DNA from: Octopus bimaculoides
Lineage: Eukaryota
Length of the DNA stretch: 64,000 bases
Direction of reading: 5' to 3'
Assembly: GCF_001194135.2 (NCBI RefSeq)
Contig: NC_068982.1
Span: 5,408,296-5,472,295 of the forward strand
Below the pieces are notes generated by a model that searched no databases, was not told the origin of the DNA, and saw nothing but the letters and a program-made list of their open reading frames with translations. This document shows, piece after piece, positions 63,680-64,000 of the stretch (position 1 is the first letter of the stretch; every line of letters begins with the position of its first letter). A program made the translations under genes and the position numbers.

Positions 63680-64000
63680 TCACTCCGTCGCTTACGACGT
63701 CGAGGGTTCCAGTTGATCCGATCAACGGAACAGCCTGCTCGTGAAATTAACGTGCAAGTGGCTGAGCACTCCACAGACACGTGTACCTTTAACGTAGTTC
63801 TCGGGGATATTCAGCGTGACACAGTGTGACAAAGCTGACCCTTTGAATTACAGGCACAACAGAAACAGGAAGTAAGAGTGAGAGAAAGTTGTGGTGGAAG
63901 AGTACAGCAGGGTTCGCCACCATCCCCTGCCGGAGCCTCGTGGAGCTGTAGGTGTTTTCGCTCAATAAACACTCACAACGCCCGGTCTGGGAATCGAAAC
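63680..64000 (+). mobile_element. SINE family C; representative CpG-rich copy
   Basis: GAGGGTTCCAGTTGATCCGATCAACGGAACAGCCTGCTCGTGAAATTAACGTGCAAGTGGCTGAGCACTCC. Related copies at ~2290-2610, 13060-13385 and 14520-14725, plus a tRNA-headed relative at 1-310. Confidence 0.8.

Overview
AT-rich, repeat-dense animal genomic DNA with ten N-gaps, most of them flanked by (TA)n. The SINE/LINE content looks cephalopod (Octopus-like); this is recognition from memory, not a database result. The main feature is the 5' part of a minus-strand, multi-exon ClC-7 (CLCN7) lysosomal 2Cl-/H+ exchanger gene. I traced 11 coding exons by hand (49252 down to 10154), all GT-AG and phase-consistent, encoding the GSGIP, GKEGP and GVLFSLEEG motifs plus an N-terminal ETAPLL dileucine signal. 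The remaining exons lie left of the window or in gaps. Introns and the upstream region hold tRNA-derived SINEs, decayed RTE-type LINEs, mariner/Tc1 relics, hAT and TTAA MITEs, fold-back elements and micro/minisatellites. The most interesting signal is a set of minimal type I hammerhead ribozyme motifs of the Penelope-like-element kind, in several sequence families. Three of them lie on the CLCN7 pre-mRNA strand. One family sits in a composite ~260-370 bp mobile element (inverted arm + tRNA-like Pol III head + hammerhead + short repeat tail, 11-13 bp TSDs) present in several copies. Weaker leads are a possible 21-nt CLCN7 micro-exon, fold-back elements bracketing an in-frame exon, a CpG-decay step near 47 kb consistent with gene-body methylation, and a speculative 73-aa spliced gene head-to-head with CLCN7.
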